DNA of 24,943 bases, from positions 1 to 24,943 of the IMG/VR virus record IMGVR_UViG_3300025066_000140; one strand, written 5' to 3'. Origin of the DNA: a virus. Its lineage: Duplodnaviria; Caudoviricetes. The position numbers and the translations under genes were made by a program. Of the stretch, positions 8,490 to 18,654 are shown one piece after another. Position 1 is the first letter of the stretch; each line of letters starts with the position of its first letter. The notes under the pieces were generated by a model. That model did no database searches. It was not told where the DNA came from and saw only the letters and a program-made list of their open reading frames with translations.

Positions 8490-8978
8490 ATGAAACAGAA
8501 AACCCTAACCGTATCCTTTGCACCTAGCTCTTTAGCTGATGTGTTTCCCATATATGCTGTGAATCCTAACGCATTAGGGTGTAGGATAGAGGGTATCCAA
8601 ATAGCTAACGATAGCACTAATACCCAACATACCTGTACCATAGCTAGGGTAGAATACGAAAAAAAATACGCAACTAATATAAACTACTTTGGGGATGGAT
8701 CTACTATAAGATCCCAAGATTGGAATTATGATGGCTCGGCATATGCTGTGCTTCTAAGAAAAGTGAAAATACCTGCATCCACAGCCCTATCCGTTTTGGA
8801 TATTCCTATGTATTTAAAACCTAAAGATGTATTAACTTTAAAACCAACTTCAGACGATTCTGGATCTATATTTAAACCTACAGTAACCGTCACCGAATTC
8901 TTCGATGACGACACCGACGCCTCCACAATCGTAGATATCTCAACAGTGTTTACCTTAATGACCTTAGGAACTTATTAA
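8490..8978 (+). CDS. putative small virion structural protein (beta-rich)
   Basis: IEGIQIAND...VKIPASTALSVLDIPMYLKPKDVLTL resembles a recurrent small beta-sandwich family found in tail regions of aquatic phages. Context supports a structural role. Confidence 0.5.
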   Translation: MKQKTLTVSFAPSSLADVFPIYAVNPNALGCRIEGIQIANDSTNTQHTCTIARVEYEKKYATNINYFGDGSTIRSQDWNYDGSAYAVLLRKVKIPASTALSVLDIPMYLKPKDVLTLKPTSDDSGSIFKPTVTVTEFFDDDTDASTIVDISTVFTLMTLGTY

Positions 8979-8981
8979 TTT

Positions 8982-11813
8982 ATGAACTTTAGCATACCTC
9001 CTATAAATGACTCCGTTCCGGATATCCCATCTTTTAGTGCGGACGAAGCAGCTTCTATGCCTTCTACCTCCTTGGCATCCCTCTCTAACTACATGTCAAC
9101 TGTGCTTACTGGTATATCCGCTAAAGCTTCAGGTTTAAAAACAAGAGCTCAAAAACTTTCGGGAACTGCTGTAAAATATCTCCCGTCTCAAGGTAGAGTA
9201 CCTATTGAATCTACTGTATCCTCCGAGAAAGTGGGCGATTCGATTAGTAAAACACTAGGTCCTATAGCAGGTATGGCAGCAGTCACCCAAGCGGCAATTG
9301 ACCAAGGCGGAGATGTGCTAGATAATGCCGATGATGCCGGAACATCGCAAATCGCCGCCGCGAGTATGGCAGGATTAGTAGGAACACTACTTTCAGAATC
9401 TATGCCAGATGCTGAGGAAGATGTGGTTGTAGCAGAACTTGCCTCTCTTAAAACTAGTCTCGCGGAACTAGAAGCGAAATCATATGCAGCTAAAACTAAT
9501 TTAAATACTATAGAACAAGTTTTAAAAGATAGAGTTTCGGGAGTACGTTCGGAACCCAAAGTAAATACGGACGCTTTAACAGCTATTAATGACCCTCAAG
9601 TAGATAAAATAGTTGCGAATTTTAATAAGTATATTACAGATAATATAGTTCAACCTTACAAGGATAACTTAGAAAAGTTCGGTAACCTAGCAACTATTAC
9701 CCAAATTGAGTTTGAAGAGGATAAACCTCTTTTCGATTTAACTTATGGACCTCCGGTATCTAAGAACGGAACTTTCATATTGTCCAAAGATGGTTTGTAT
9801 TACGACTCTGTTAACGGAGGCATACCTGAAGTTTCAGGGGTAATTGCTGCTAGTTCTACTTGGAATTTAGATTATGCTCCTAATTTAGGGGGTAAGGGAA
9901 AGACATACAATTCCGAAAATCTTAGGAATATTACCGATAATGTATTTGCCGCAGATTACGAGCCTGACAAAACCATAGAGAATGAATATTACTTAACAGA
10001 TGATGTATTGGAGGCTTTCGAATCCAATAAAAATAAACATATTGATGATATATACGCACAAGTAGATGAACTTATATCCGACGGACTAGATGCAAGTAGC
10101 GCAATGGTAGTTAATTATTATAGTAATATCGCTGCAATTTCCTCAATGTATGATGAAAAGATTAGTAAGAGAAAGAAACAATTACAATTAGTTTCTATCT
10201 TTGCTCCTCACATATACAGCCATTCCACAATTGATCGATCCTCAAAGGATATTGGTCTAGGTAAAGGTATCTTAATCCATAACCGAAAAACGCTTAAAGA
10301 TCCTGAGTGGCATCCTATTGAGAGAATTCCAATTAATGATTTTTCATTCCTGGGAGGGACCGGAGCAGGAGCAACGCTAGAACAGCAGGAAAGTATTTTA
10401 ATATTCTCTGAGGATCTTGATGACACGATTCTACCAATTACACCTACATTTTCGAGATCCCACCATAAACCTTTAGCATATTTAGAAAACTTTACACTAT
10501 CCCCAATCGAAGAGGAAGTATTCCCATATATTGAAGGTAGTAAATCAGCTTCAGGTACTTCCAATTTTGTCCACTCCCTAACTAACTCTATAGTTGAATC
10601 CGGGTTAATACTCGCTTATAACTTCATAACCCCGGAAATTGTAGACCCCTCTTCCACAGTATTTAATGTTGACAATGTGGGTCCTGATGCCGGAAGAAAA
10701 TTAAACGCCCAACTAGTAGCTTCTAGTATCGCAAATGTTTTTCCTTCAGGGTTAGCTATTCCTAAACTTTCTGGAACTAACGGGGGCTCTTATGTAAGAT
10801 TGCCAAGCAATATAACACCTGCGGGAAGAACGATTTCCTCTACTACTCAAGAATTGGATAATTTATTTTACCCAAGCAATAAACATTATAACCCTATTAC
10901 AGAGAAAGGAGGGGGGGTTACCTTTGATTATTGGGTGCATGTCCCAGACCTAACTATTACAGATTCTAATAGATATAAATTAGTTATGGGTTGCGAGAAT
11001 TCTGGGGGTTCCCCTCATTTTGGATCTCGACAAGGACTAGTAGACGCCACTAGAACTTTAAAAGCTGGGTTACTAGATACGTCTAAAACTCATGGAATGA
11101 TTATAGGATTCCGGGATAGAGGAGGTAATTCTACACCGAGTGGGCTGGAATTTGGAGTATTCCCTACCGTATCCCAAAACTTAAATGATGGCACTATCGG
11201 TCACAGCATCGCTATCGCCGAAAACGAAGATGGATCTGAGTTAGGAGCAACCATCGCTAGCTCTACTACAACAAACGGTGTGAGTATATTAGATACCTCT
11301 AGCTCTTTTATCCATATGTCTCTAGTATTTAATTTTGACTCTGATGAATTAAAAATGCATATAGATGGTGAACTTTTAAGTACCTCAAGTTTATCAACCA
11401 TATTTGATTTGAGAAGAACAAAATCAATAAGTATCCCATCCTTAACCGCATCCGGGGATTTGGAATACATGTCAAGTTGGCAACCTTCCGGAAACAATGG
11501 TCCTGTTACAGGAGCACTTGGTCTCGCATTTACTCCCTGGATTTTAGGCGGAGGATTCTCTGATACTATTTTACAAAAACCTTCCCTAGGCAGCTATGAC
11601 CCAGGATTCTTAGGGTATAATACTAATAGTATATACGGTGGGGTCCCCGCTTCTCAGCACTCCCCTTCTTTGGGTAGTATTAGTGGTGTGGCATCTAGTG
11701 CTCTAAATGGATTTTTAGGAAGTTTTAAGGTCTATTCCAAAGCCCTAACTACTAAGGAAGTTAAAACTAATTTTAGAGGTCAGAAAGGCTTCTTTAAAAA
11801 CATACAAACATAA
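8982..11813 (+). CDS. large baseplate-associated protein with N-terminal coiled coils and a C-terminal LamG/concanavalin-A-like domain
   Basis: IVESGLILAYNF (domain start, ~10590), VTFDYWV, FIHMSLVFN...LKMHIDGELL and LNGFLGSFKVYSKALTTKEVKTNF are LamG_3-type motifs. Heptad-like segments occur in the N-terminal half. Confidence 0.75.
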   Translation: MNFSIPPINDSVPDIPSFSADEAASMPSTSLASLSNYMSTVLTGISAKASGLKTRAQKLSGTAVKYLPSQGRVPIESTVSSEKVGDSISKTLGPIAGMAAVTQAAIDQGGDVLDNADDAGTSQIAAASMAGLVGTLLSESMPDAEEDVVVAELASLKTSLAELEAKSYAAKTNLNTIEQVLKDRVSGVRSEPKVNTDALTAINDPQVDKIVANFNKYITDNIVQPYKDNLEKFGNLATITQIEFEEDKPLFDLTYGPPVSKNGTFILSKDGLYYDSVNGGIPEVSGVIAASSTWNLDYAPNLGGKGKTYNSENLRNITDNVFAADYEPDKTIENEYYLTDDVLEAFESNKNKHIDDIYAQVDELISDGLDASSAMVVNYYSNIAAISSMYDEKISKRKKQLQLVSIFAPHIYSHSTIDRSSKDIGLGKGILIHNRKTLKDPEWHPIERIPINDFSFLGGTGAGATLEQQESILIFSEDLDDTILPITPTFSRSHHKPLAYLENFTLSPIEEEVFPYIEGSKSASGTSNFVHSLTNSIVESGLILAYNFITPEIVDPSSTVFNVDNVGPDAGRKLNAQLVASSIANVFPSGLAIPKLSGTNGGSYVRLPSNITPAGRTISSTTQELDNLFYPSNKHYNPITEKGGGVTFDYWVHVPDLTITDSNRYKLVMGCENSGGSPHFGSRQGLVDATRTLKAGLLDTSKTHGMIIGFRDRGGNSTPSGLEFGVFPTVSQNLNDGTIGHSIAIAENEDGSELGATIASSTTTNGVSILDTSSSFIHMSLVFNFDSDELKMHIDGELLSTSSLSTIFDLRRTKSISIPSLTASGDLEYMSSWQPSGNNGPVTGALGLAFTPWILGGGFSDTILQKPSLGSYDPGFLGYNTNSIYGGVPASQHSPSLGSISGVASSALNGFLGSFKVYSKALTTKEVKTNFRGQKGFFKNIQT

Positions 11814-12235
11814 TGCTAAAAGACGATATCTCTCTACTAACTACATCTAAAACAACTCCGTTTAAAGGTGTCTCCTTCCCCGTTATAGGGGGAGCCGGAG
11901 GATTTTTCGCAGGTACCAATGGCGCTCAAACTACCATGTCAGGTTTAAAACAACTACTTCTCACCAGTCCAGGGGAGAGAGTTATGAATCCTACTTTTGG
12001 TACATCTTTAAGGAGATCTGTATTTGAACCTTTTACATCTGATTTAATGGCATCCTTAAAATCAGAAATTAGCTTTGCAATAGGTAAATACCATCCGGAA
12101 GTAGAAATTTTAAATTTACAAATGTCTTGGGATTCTCACCCTCGGAATAGAGGTAGGCACAAGATATTTGTACAATTAAAGTTTCAAATCAAAGGGGAAC
12201 TAATAAACCCTCAAATTTTAGATATAATAATATAA
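11813..12235 (+). CDS. gp25: baseplate wedge / sheath initiator, gp25 (GPW/gp25 family)
   Basis: LKQLLLTSPGERVMNPTFGTSLRRSVFEP is the gp25 signature. Confidence 0.93.
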   Translation: MLKDDISLLTTSKTTPFKGVSFPVIGGAGGFFAGTNGAQTTMSGLKQLLLTSPGERVMNPTFGTSLRRSVFEPFTSDLMASLKSEISFAIGKYHPEVEILNLQMSWDSHPRNRGRHKIFVQLKFQIKGELINPQILDIII

Positions 12236-13857
12236 TGGCACAAGAAACACTAAAAGGAATTTATAATACAAGCGCATTTGATGGCTCTATTACTACTGAT
12301 TTTATATCTTTAGGAGACCTAACCCCTAGGGTTAAAGCTACAAAAATCGACTACTCCGCAGCAGAATTTCCTGAATTCCGAGAGGCTTTAATTAATTACG
12401 TTAAAGCTGTATACCCCGATGAATATAATAGTTTCGCTGAATCAGATTTGGGTATGATGTTTGTAGAATTATTTTCTTACTTAGCTTCCGTGTTATCCTA
12501 CAAGGCAGATATGCTAGCTAACGAAAATTATATTACATCTGTGGAATCCCCGGAAAATCTTAGAAAATTATTACAACTTATAGGGGTAAAGATGAGAGGT
12601 CCTATCAGCTCCAAAGCTGGGTGTACTTTAACTTTAGGTGATGACGATACCGTAACATCTGCTAGTTCTCTTACTATACCTGCATTGAGCAGATCTTTCT
12701 CCGTTCCTAATAACAAAGATTCAGGACAGCTAACTTATACTATGTATACAGTGGATGGTACTGGAGATATAGATATGGAGAGTGAAATTATCGAACTTAC
12801 AGAAGCTGAATCTTTGAATGCCGCTGGTAAAGTATTTTCGAATCTCCTTCTTTTGGAAGGGCTACTTAAAACTAAAACCGGAACCTTTTCTAATACTGAT
12901 ACTCTCCATACTATTAACGTAGATGATCCTTCGGTAGTAGAGGGAAGTATGATTCTCCACACCGACGGTGATATTTACAACGAAATTGAAAATTTATTTT
13001 TAGCAGACGCCACTGATAAAGTTTTTAGTAAAACCTACATGGACGACTATTCCGTAAAAGTTAATTTTGGAGATGGCATTAGAGGAGTATCCCCCACCGC
13101 AGGAAAACCTTATACGCTCTATTACAGAGTTGGAGGTGGTGATAGGGGTAATATTGTGTCTAACTCTATTAACGTAAAAATCCCCGTAAGTTTAGGATCA
13201 ACTGAAATTTCAGTAGATGTAACCAACCCTACTATGGCAACCGGAGGTTTAAACTCAGAAACTAACGAACACGCGAAGAAATGGGGACCCTACTTCTTCA
13301 AAACCCAATATCGCGCAGTTACGGGAGAAGACTATACAACTTTTGCTAATCACTTCACAAGCACAGCCGGTCACTCCGGCAAAGCATTTGCAGTTCTTAG
13401 AAACTCCGGAGCTGGGGGGAATATGATTGATATTTATACAGTCGCATTCGCTGCAGAAGTAGAAGGCGCACAAGCTCAAGTTGAGAGAGCATCTATTACT
13501 TACAAGAGAGAACTACTAGAATACTTAAATACATATAAAATGCTTACTGATGAAATAACAATCGTAGATGGATTAGTAAGAACTATAGATTTGAAGTGCA
13601 CGTTATTCTTAGATAAGCCTTATAAAATATACGAAGAAGATATTAAGAGAAAAGCTGCGATGAATATATTGAACTTTTTCGATTTAAATAACAGAGAATT
13701 CGGGGAAGTCTTACAAGTTAATGATTTAAATAAAAACATATTTAATATTCCTGAAGTTAGGTTTTCATCTATTGATAATATTAAAAATAATATCTCACTA
13801 AATTTTAATGAAATATTACAACTAAACAACGTAGAAATCAACGTTAAGTACGTATAA
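12235..13857 (+). CDS. gp6: baseplate wedge protein, T4 gp6 / baseplate J-like
   Basis: IDYS..EF...REALINY....YP.EYN.F.ESDLGMMFVEL.SYL..VLSY.AD..ANE, VNFGDGIRG..P, YRVGGG.RGN, ATGG..SET and QYRAVT.EDY. Confidence 0.92.
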   Translation: MAQETLKGIYNTSAFDGSITTDFISLGDLTPRVKATKIDYSAAEFPEFREALINYVKAVYPDEYNSFAESDLGMMFVELFSYLASVLSYKADMLANENYITSVESPENLRKLLQLIGVKMRGPISSKAGCTLTLGDDDTVTSASSLTIPALSRSFSVPNNKDSGQLTYTMYTVDGTGDIDMESEIIELTEAESLNAAGKVFSNLLLLEGLLKTKTGTFSNTDTLHTINVDDPSVVEGSMILHTDGDIYNEIENLFLADATDKVFSKTYMDDYSVKVNFGDGIRGVSPTAGKPYTLYYRVGGGDRGNIVSNSINVKIPVSLGSTEISVDVTNPTMATGGLNSETNEHAKKWGPYFFKTQYRAVTGEDYTTFANHFTSTAGHSGKAFAVLRNSGAGGNMIDIYTVAFAAEVEGAQAQVERASITYKRELLEYLNTYKMLTDEITIVDGLVRTIDLKCTLFLDKPYKIYEEDIKRKAAMNILNFFDLNNREFGEVLQVNDLNKNIFNIPEVRFSSIDNIKNNISLNFNEILQLNNVEINVKYV

Positions 13858-13860
13858 AAA

Positions 13861-16800
13861 ATGGTAAGAAAAAGAGGACTAGGGGATCAAGGATTACCTG
13901 ATAAAAACTATCATCAGCATAATTATATTGATGTAGTAAAGGCTTTAACGCCTGATTTATACCATGATACCGATTTTGCAATTTACGGAAAAGACGAAGA
14001 TATTTTATATTCTACGTTAGGTAAGATTCTTAAAGCTATAGATGTTATTGATGATATTTTCCCAACTGCTAATTTTGCAACCTCTTCCCTTCAGCAAAGA
14101 TTTGTACTACGTAATGGTTTAACCAATATAAGACCTTATGTCTTTGAAATTAAAATACTAAATGCATTAAACACTTCATTCTCTGATTTCACTAATAGAG
14201 AGGAGTTTAAAACATATGTATCCGGAACTTTACTTCCTCATATTGTTCTGGACTCCCCAACCACCGAATTTATAAGCGGGGTAAGTTCCCTAGTAACCTC
14301 TAGTGTGGATACCGCATCCAAGTGCCACACCTATTTAATGGATACATTATCCTGGTACTACGCTTTAAATTCTACAGGACTAGCGGGAACGACCGTAGAA
14401 CCCTCATCTATCGTTACAGAAGAACTTACAAGATTATACGACGGGGAGACCTTGCAAGAAAAAGACGCAATCACCTCTATATTTGAATATCTGTGGAAGA
14501 ACAGAGAAACCGTAAGTCTTTGTAGTGAATGTATACCTCACCAACTAAGTAAAAGCGATTACGAGATATCAGCAGGAACGTACACCTCAGGTACCCAGAA
14601 CTGGGAAAGACTAAAAACTTTAGTAAGTATATGGTATAATGACCATGATAACAGATCTACTACTTTAGATACTTATTTAGATCTCTTTACAGGTCCTACA
14701 AAGTCCTTTACTCCTAAGATGGTTGAGGACGGAGCTTTTACAAAATTTCTTCAAGCTCTTAGTTATGGGTTCTACGATATAAACACAACTATAGAAGACC
14801 TTGGGGATTTAGTTGATATCGAAAGATGCCCACCCCAATTTCTGCAACACCTTGCATCTTTAATAGGCTGGAAGTTAATGACGGGGGATATAGATCGATG
14901 GAGAGCACAACTTAGAAAAGCCGTTTACATTTATAAAGGTAAAGGCACTAGGAAAGCATTAGAAGAAGCTTTAGAATTAGTATTCTCTGATCCTACTATA
15001 GTTCCCCCAGACCAGATAAACGAGACATGGGAAATGTTCCTCCCTAGAATGATATACTATTTAATTGCAACCGAATCCAAAACATTAAATAATCCTAAAG
15101 TAAGTTCTCAATTGTTTAAAGGGATTCCTTTTGAAAGATGGTCAACCGCGAATATAGATTTAAACTATAGAGCTGCAACAGACTATGTGTTGGAAGTTAT
15201 TCATAAAAATACGCCACCATCCCCCACTAGAGCGAAAGGGGGAGCTATTTATTTTAACGATGTTAAATTTGATTTAAGTTCTTGGGATCCTAAACAGCCT
15301 AACTTTAAAGGATTCTACCACCGCCAAACTCCTAATTGCCCGGTGCCTCCTTGGGAAAATGATAGATTTTACGATAACACATATATTTCCAGACACCAAA
15401 TTAACGTACTGTGTGATATTCTTACCGCGTCCTCTAACGCTAGCGGCACAAATTCTCCAAGAGGAGGGCTAGAAATTCCACAAACTTACGTAGCGGATTT
15501 ATCTGCTATCCTTATGAAGGAAAATCTTGAGGATGATGATTTATACTATCGTAGTTGGAACAGGAAATGGAAGTTCTACACAAGTGGGTATTCCCCACCT
15601 CCTAACTTATCAAGTATAGCATCTTCCAAAGATGTTTCTAAGCTGGGATTAGTTGACTACTGGATATCTAAAAGCTCCACTATAACATCCCAAGTATATT
15701 TAAATAACTTTAATTTTTCAGTAGATGCCGTTCGTATTCACAGGGGAGAAGTTATAGACACTATTCGTCAAGTATTTAAAAGCTTTTTACCATTTCACGT
15801 TATTGCTAAAATATTTAATAATACCGATGCCTTAGAAGACCATATATCTAAGGATATACAACTATGTCCTATAGCCCTAGTAAACTTTTTTGATGTATCC
15901 GCCACTGGAGATTTTGATCATTACATATTAAATAATTTAACTCCTTCTAGTATATCTTTGGCTAGTGTACCAACTTCTAGTATTGACACATCCGCAAATT
16001 TTGTAATGACATCCCATGCGAATACAAGTAGAGCATCGGGAAGACGAAGAAGTTTAAAATATTTAAATAGATTTAGAGTCTATAGTAGATCCGGAAAATC
16101 GATGCCTATTCCCAAGAAAGCATTATTCCAATATGAAACATCCGCGTACGATACTTTAAATCTACATACTTCGGAGTTTATACCTCTCGGGTATAATTTT
16201 TCTTCAGGAACTTATTTCTCCCCCTCTGGCTCATTTAGTGGAGTATACGACGCGTCTAACGATATCGCAGCGTCAGCCCTTCCTGTTATATTTTCAGGCA
16301 CAACAACATACCCTGGAACAGAAGTTTATCTACCTGTAGGTCGATCAGCGATAACAGAAGTATCCTCCACATATAATGGTATAGACGTATCTTCGACTTT
16401 CCCTTGCAGGATACCCTTCCTACATGGATGTGCACCTTCAATAAGTAGAAGCGAAATCCGAGGGATAAAGCAAGTTATCATAAGTTCTATGTGCAGACAG
16501 GGACTAACTTCTGACTTCGGGGATTTAACTTTAGATAATTTTAAATTTGGTAGAGGTGTAAACCGAGACTTTGCCAATACTAGTGGAGTCATTGCAAACT
16601 CCGTTTTCTCCGGAACAGCAGGAGTAGTAGCATCTGCTAACGAAGGAATATCTTTTACAGAAAAAGAATTAAAAATTATATATTCCCACTTTAACGAAAT
16701 AGCGGCTAATAACGCTACTAGGATAGGCACTACAGGGTCTCCTATCGAAGATATATTTGGAGTGAGTGGAGGATCCCGAGGGTACAACATTGAACCTTTT

Positions 16801-16899
16801 GGAACCAATGATCCCGGCAACTTCGGGCTTCAATCTTCGGGAGAAGCTCTAACCACCTCTATGGGGGCTGGAATAATGTTTAACTTATCAGATAATTAA
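13861..16899 (+). CDS. baseplate wedge protein with a Tail_P2_I-like domain (gp7-equivalent)
   Basis: DLGDLVDIERCPPQFLQHLASLIGWKL...WRAQLRKAVYIYKGKGTRKALEEAL (~14730-14985) and FKSFLPFHV are P2 gpI-type motifs. Follows gp6. Confidence 0.8.
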   Translation: MVRKRGLGDQGLPDKNYHQHNYIDVVKALTPDLYHDTDFAIYGKDEDILYSTLGKILKAIDVIDDIFPTANFATSSLQQRFVLRNGLTNIRPYVFEIKILNALNTSFSDFTNREEFKTYVSGTLLPHIVLDSPTTEFISGVSSLVTSSVDTASKCHTYLMDTLSWYYALNSTGLAGTTVEPSSIVTEELTRLYDGETLQEKDAITSIFEYLWKNRETVSLCSECIPHQLSKSDYEISAGTYTSGTQNWERLKTLVSIWYNDHDNRSTTLDTYLDLFTGPTKSFTPKMVEDGAFTKFLQALSYGFYDINTTIEDLGDLVDIERCPPQFLQHLASLIGWKLMTGDIDRWRAQLRKAVYIYKGKGTRKALEEALELVFSDPTIVPPDQINETWEMFLPRMIYYLIATESKTLNNPKVSSQLFKGIPFERWSTANIDLNYRAATDYVLEVIHKNTPPSPTRAKGGAIYFNDVKFDLSSWDPKQPNFKGFYHRQTPNCPVPPWENDRFYDNTYISRHQINVLCDILTASSNASGTNSPRGGLEIPQTYVADLSAILMKENLEDDDLYYRSWNRKWKFYTSGYSPPPNLSSIASSKDVSKLGLVDYWISKSSTITSQVYLNNFNFSVDAVRIHRGEVIDTIRQVFKSFLPFHVIAKIFNNTDALEDHISKDIQLCPIALVNFFDVSATGDFDHYILNNLTPSSISLASVPTSSIDTSANFVMTSHANTSRASGRRRSLKYLNRFRVYSRSGKSMPIPKKALFQYETSAYDTLNLHTSEFIPLGYNFSSGTYFSPSGSFSGVYDASNDIAASALPVIFSGTTTYPGTEVYLPVGRSAITEVSSTYNGIDVSSTFPCRIPFLHGCAPSISRSEIRGIKQVIISSMCRQGLTSDFGDLTLDNFKFGRGVNRDFANTSGVIANSVFSGTAGVVASANEGISFTEKELKIIYSHFNEIAANNATRIGTTGSPIEDIFGVSGGSRGYNIEPFGTNDPGNFGLQSSGEALTTSMGAGIMFNLSDN

Positions 16900-18647
16900 T
16901 GAAAGGATACGTACAAGTGTATAACGGGGATCTCAAGAATTCTAATATAATTTTTGAGGACCATAATTTAATTGTTGATACTGCCTCGGAATTTATAGCT
17001 GACGCATTTACAATACTTCCTGCACCTTCTTCGGTCAATTCGAATATAAGCTTTTCTACTTCCACAATGGGTATTATTGCTATATCCCTAGGAAGCGCAC
17101 AAAGCTCCAAAAGCTATAATACAGAAGGCGCTTCTGGAATAAGAGCTCTAGCTCCTATTACTCCTGTCCCTACGGACACAACTCTCCAACCTCCTGTTTA
17201 TGATCTTAATACTTCTGGACCTGGGAGACTAGGTCAATTTTTAAATTATATAAATTTTTCAGGTCAATATAGCCCTTTAACTCTTAAAGAGATTAAAGAT
17301 TATGGGTGTTATATTCCGTCGGGTGGAATATATGCTACCTCTGGAAACTCTTCTACGCACACTTGGCTGGATATGGATTCTAACTACCATAGAGGCATCG
17401 CCGTAAAATCTGATGGAACCTTACATGGTTGGGGGAAATATCAGCAACATCCTTTAGAGTACATATTAACAAATATCCCAACCGATTCTTATTTTACTAC
17501 CGCAAGGTTAGGAAGAGACCACGCACTCGCGCTAACTCAGCAAGGTCACATAGTTGCCTGGGGAGACGACACCGATAATAAAGTTTCCAATACTCCTACA
17601 GGAGCGGGGTTTACAAAAATTTCTACTACCGGCTCCCACTCACTTGCATTAGACCCTTCAGGATACATTCATTCGTGGGGAGATTATGCATTTAGACACG
17701 GTTTTACTGCAGCTCCGGATGGTAGTGGATTCATCGACATAGCTTGTGGCTTGTACCACAACTTAGCAGTAGACGGTTCAGGCTATATTCACATGTGGGG
17801 ACACAATTACAACGATGTCTTCGATGATATGCCTACAACTTCCGGATATACTCATGTAGCCGTTGGCGTCCAACATAACTTAGCTTTATCAGGAGGGGGT
17901 ATTCTTACCTCCTGGGGTAAAGATACTGATGGTACCGTAAGCTCAACCCCCGCCGGAACATTCACAGCAATATCTGCTAGAGGTTGGCATTCTCTTGCGC
18001 TATCATCTAACGGAGCTATAAGTGTTTGGGGAGTGGATTCATCCTACGGGCATATAACTAACGCACCTAGTATAACAGGTGTATCAAAAATAGCAGCCGG
18101 AGTGGATTTTAATTTAACCCTAAGTGGCGATTACCAAATATCTGGATGGGGGAATGACACATATGACGGAATTACGGATATTCCAGCCAGTGGGATCCCT
18201 CCCGTACTTTATCAGTATACTGGAACCTTAAACGATACCTCCTCTATTAATAGTGAGGGGTATATTTTGGAATCTAAGGTGGCTAGAAGCTCCCAAACAA
18301 TTAATGACGCCAGTGCAGGGTTTGTTGTATCCGGAGTTGGAGATGTTTCTTCCACGAGAGAAGTTAAGTATATCCTCACTTTAAACCGTGATGAGTGGGA
18401 TTTCTTAGATAAGTTTTATGGAGGAATTGGATCTATAGGGCTATGGACTTTAGATAGAGAGAGAACTATAAGTAAATACGCGGAAGGAACCTCTATGGAT
18501 AACATTGACCTATATAACATAACGGATGTAGATAAAAATCCTGTATTTAGGTTATTTTCTAAAAAAGTATTTCTTCCTGGGGGATTACAATTAGTTGATA
18601 ATACACAAGATGCAGCCCTAACTATCATCTGGAGCATTAAATTTTAA
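16899..18647 (+). CDS. fibre-attachment/baseplate protein with an inserted RCC1/BLIP-II-type beta-propeller
   Basis: Seven ~39-45 aa repeats of the form F..I..G..H.LAL...G.I..WG.D.....P. The N- and C-termini resemble the next gene. Confidence 0.85.
   Translation: MKGYVQVYNGDLKNSNIIFEDHNLIVDTASEFIADAFTILPAPSSVNSNISFSTSTMGIIAISLGSAQSSKSYNTEGASGIRALAPITPVPTDTTLQPPVYDLNTSGPGRLGQFLNYINFSGQYSPLTLKEIKDYGCYIPSGGIYATSGNSSTHTWLDMDSNYHRGIAVKSDGTLHGWGKYQQHPLEYILTNIPTDSYFTTARLGRDHALALTQQGHIVAWGDDTDNKVSNTPTGAGFTKISTTGSHSLALDPSGYIHSWGDYAFRHGFTAAPDGSGFIDIACGLYHNLAVDGSGYIHMWGHNYNDVFDDMPTTSGYTHVAVGVQHNLALSGGGILTSWGKDTDGTVSSTPAGTFTAISARGWHSLALSSNGAISVWGVDSSYGHITNAPSITGVSKIAAGVDFNLTLSGDYQISGWGNDTYDGITDIPASGIPPVLYQYTGTLNDTSSINSEGYILESKVARSSQTINDASAGFVVSGVGDVSSTREVKYILTLNRDEWDFLDKFYGGIGSIGLWTLDRERTISKYAEGTSMDNIDLYNITDVDKNPVFRLFSKKVFLPGGLQLVDNTQDAALTIIWSIKF
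17358..18194 (+). repeat. seven RCC1-like protein repeats
   Basis: Repeat cores: HRGIAVKSDGTLHGWG, HALALTQQGHIVAWG, HSLALDPSGYIHSWG, HNLAVDGSGYIHMWG, HNLALSGGGILTSWG, HSLALSSNGAISVWG, FNLTLSGDYQISGWG. Confidence 0.88.
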
Positions 18648-18654
18648 TAGAATA

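Noticed and set aside
8155-10917. G7 tracts (8155-8161, 10911-10917) as phase-variation sites
   Set aside because: They are short, encode Gly-Gly, and the frames are intact.
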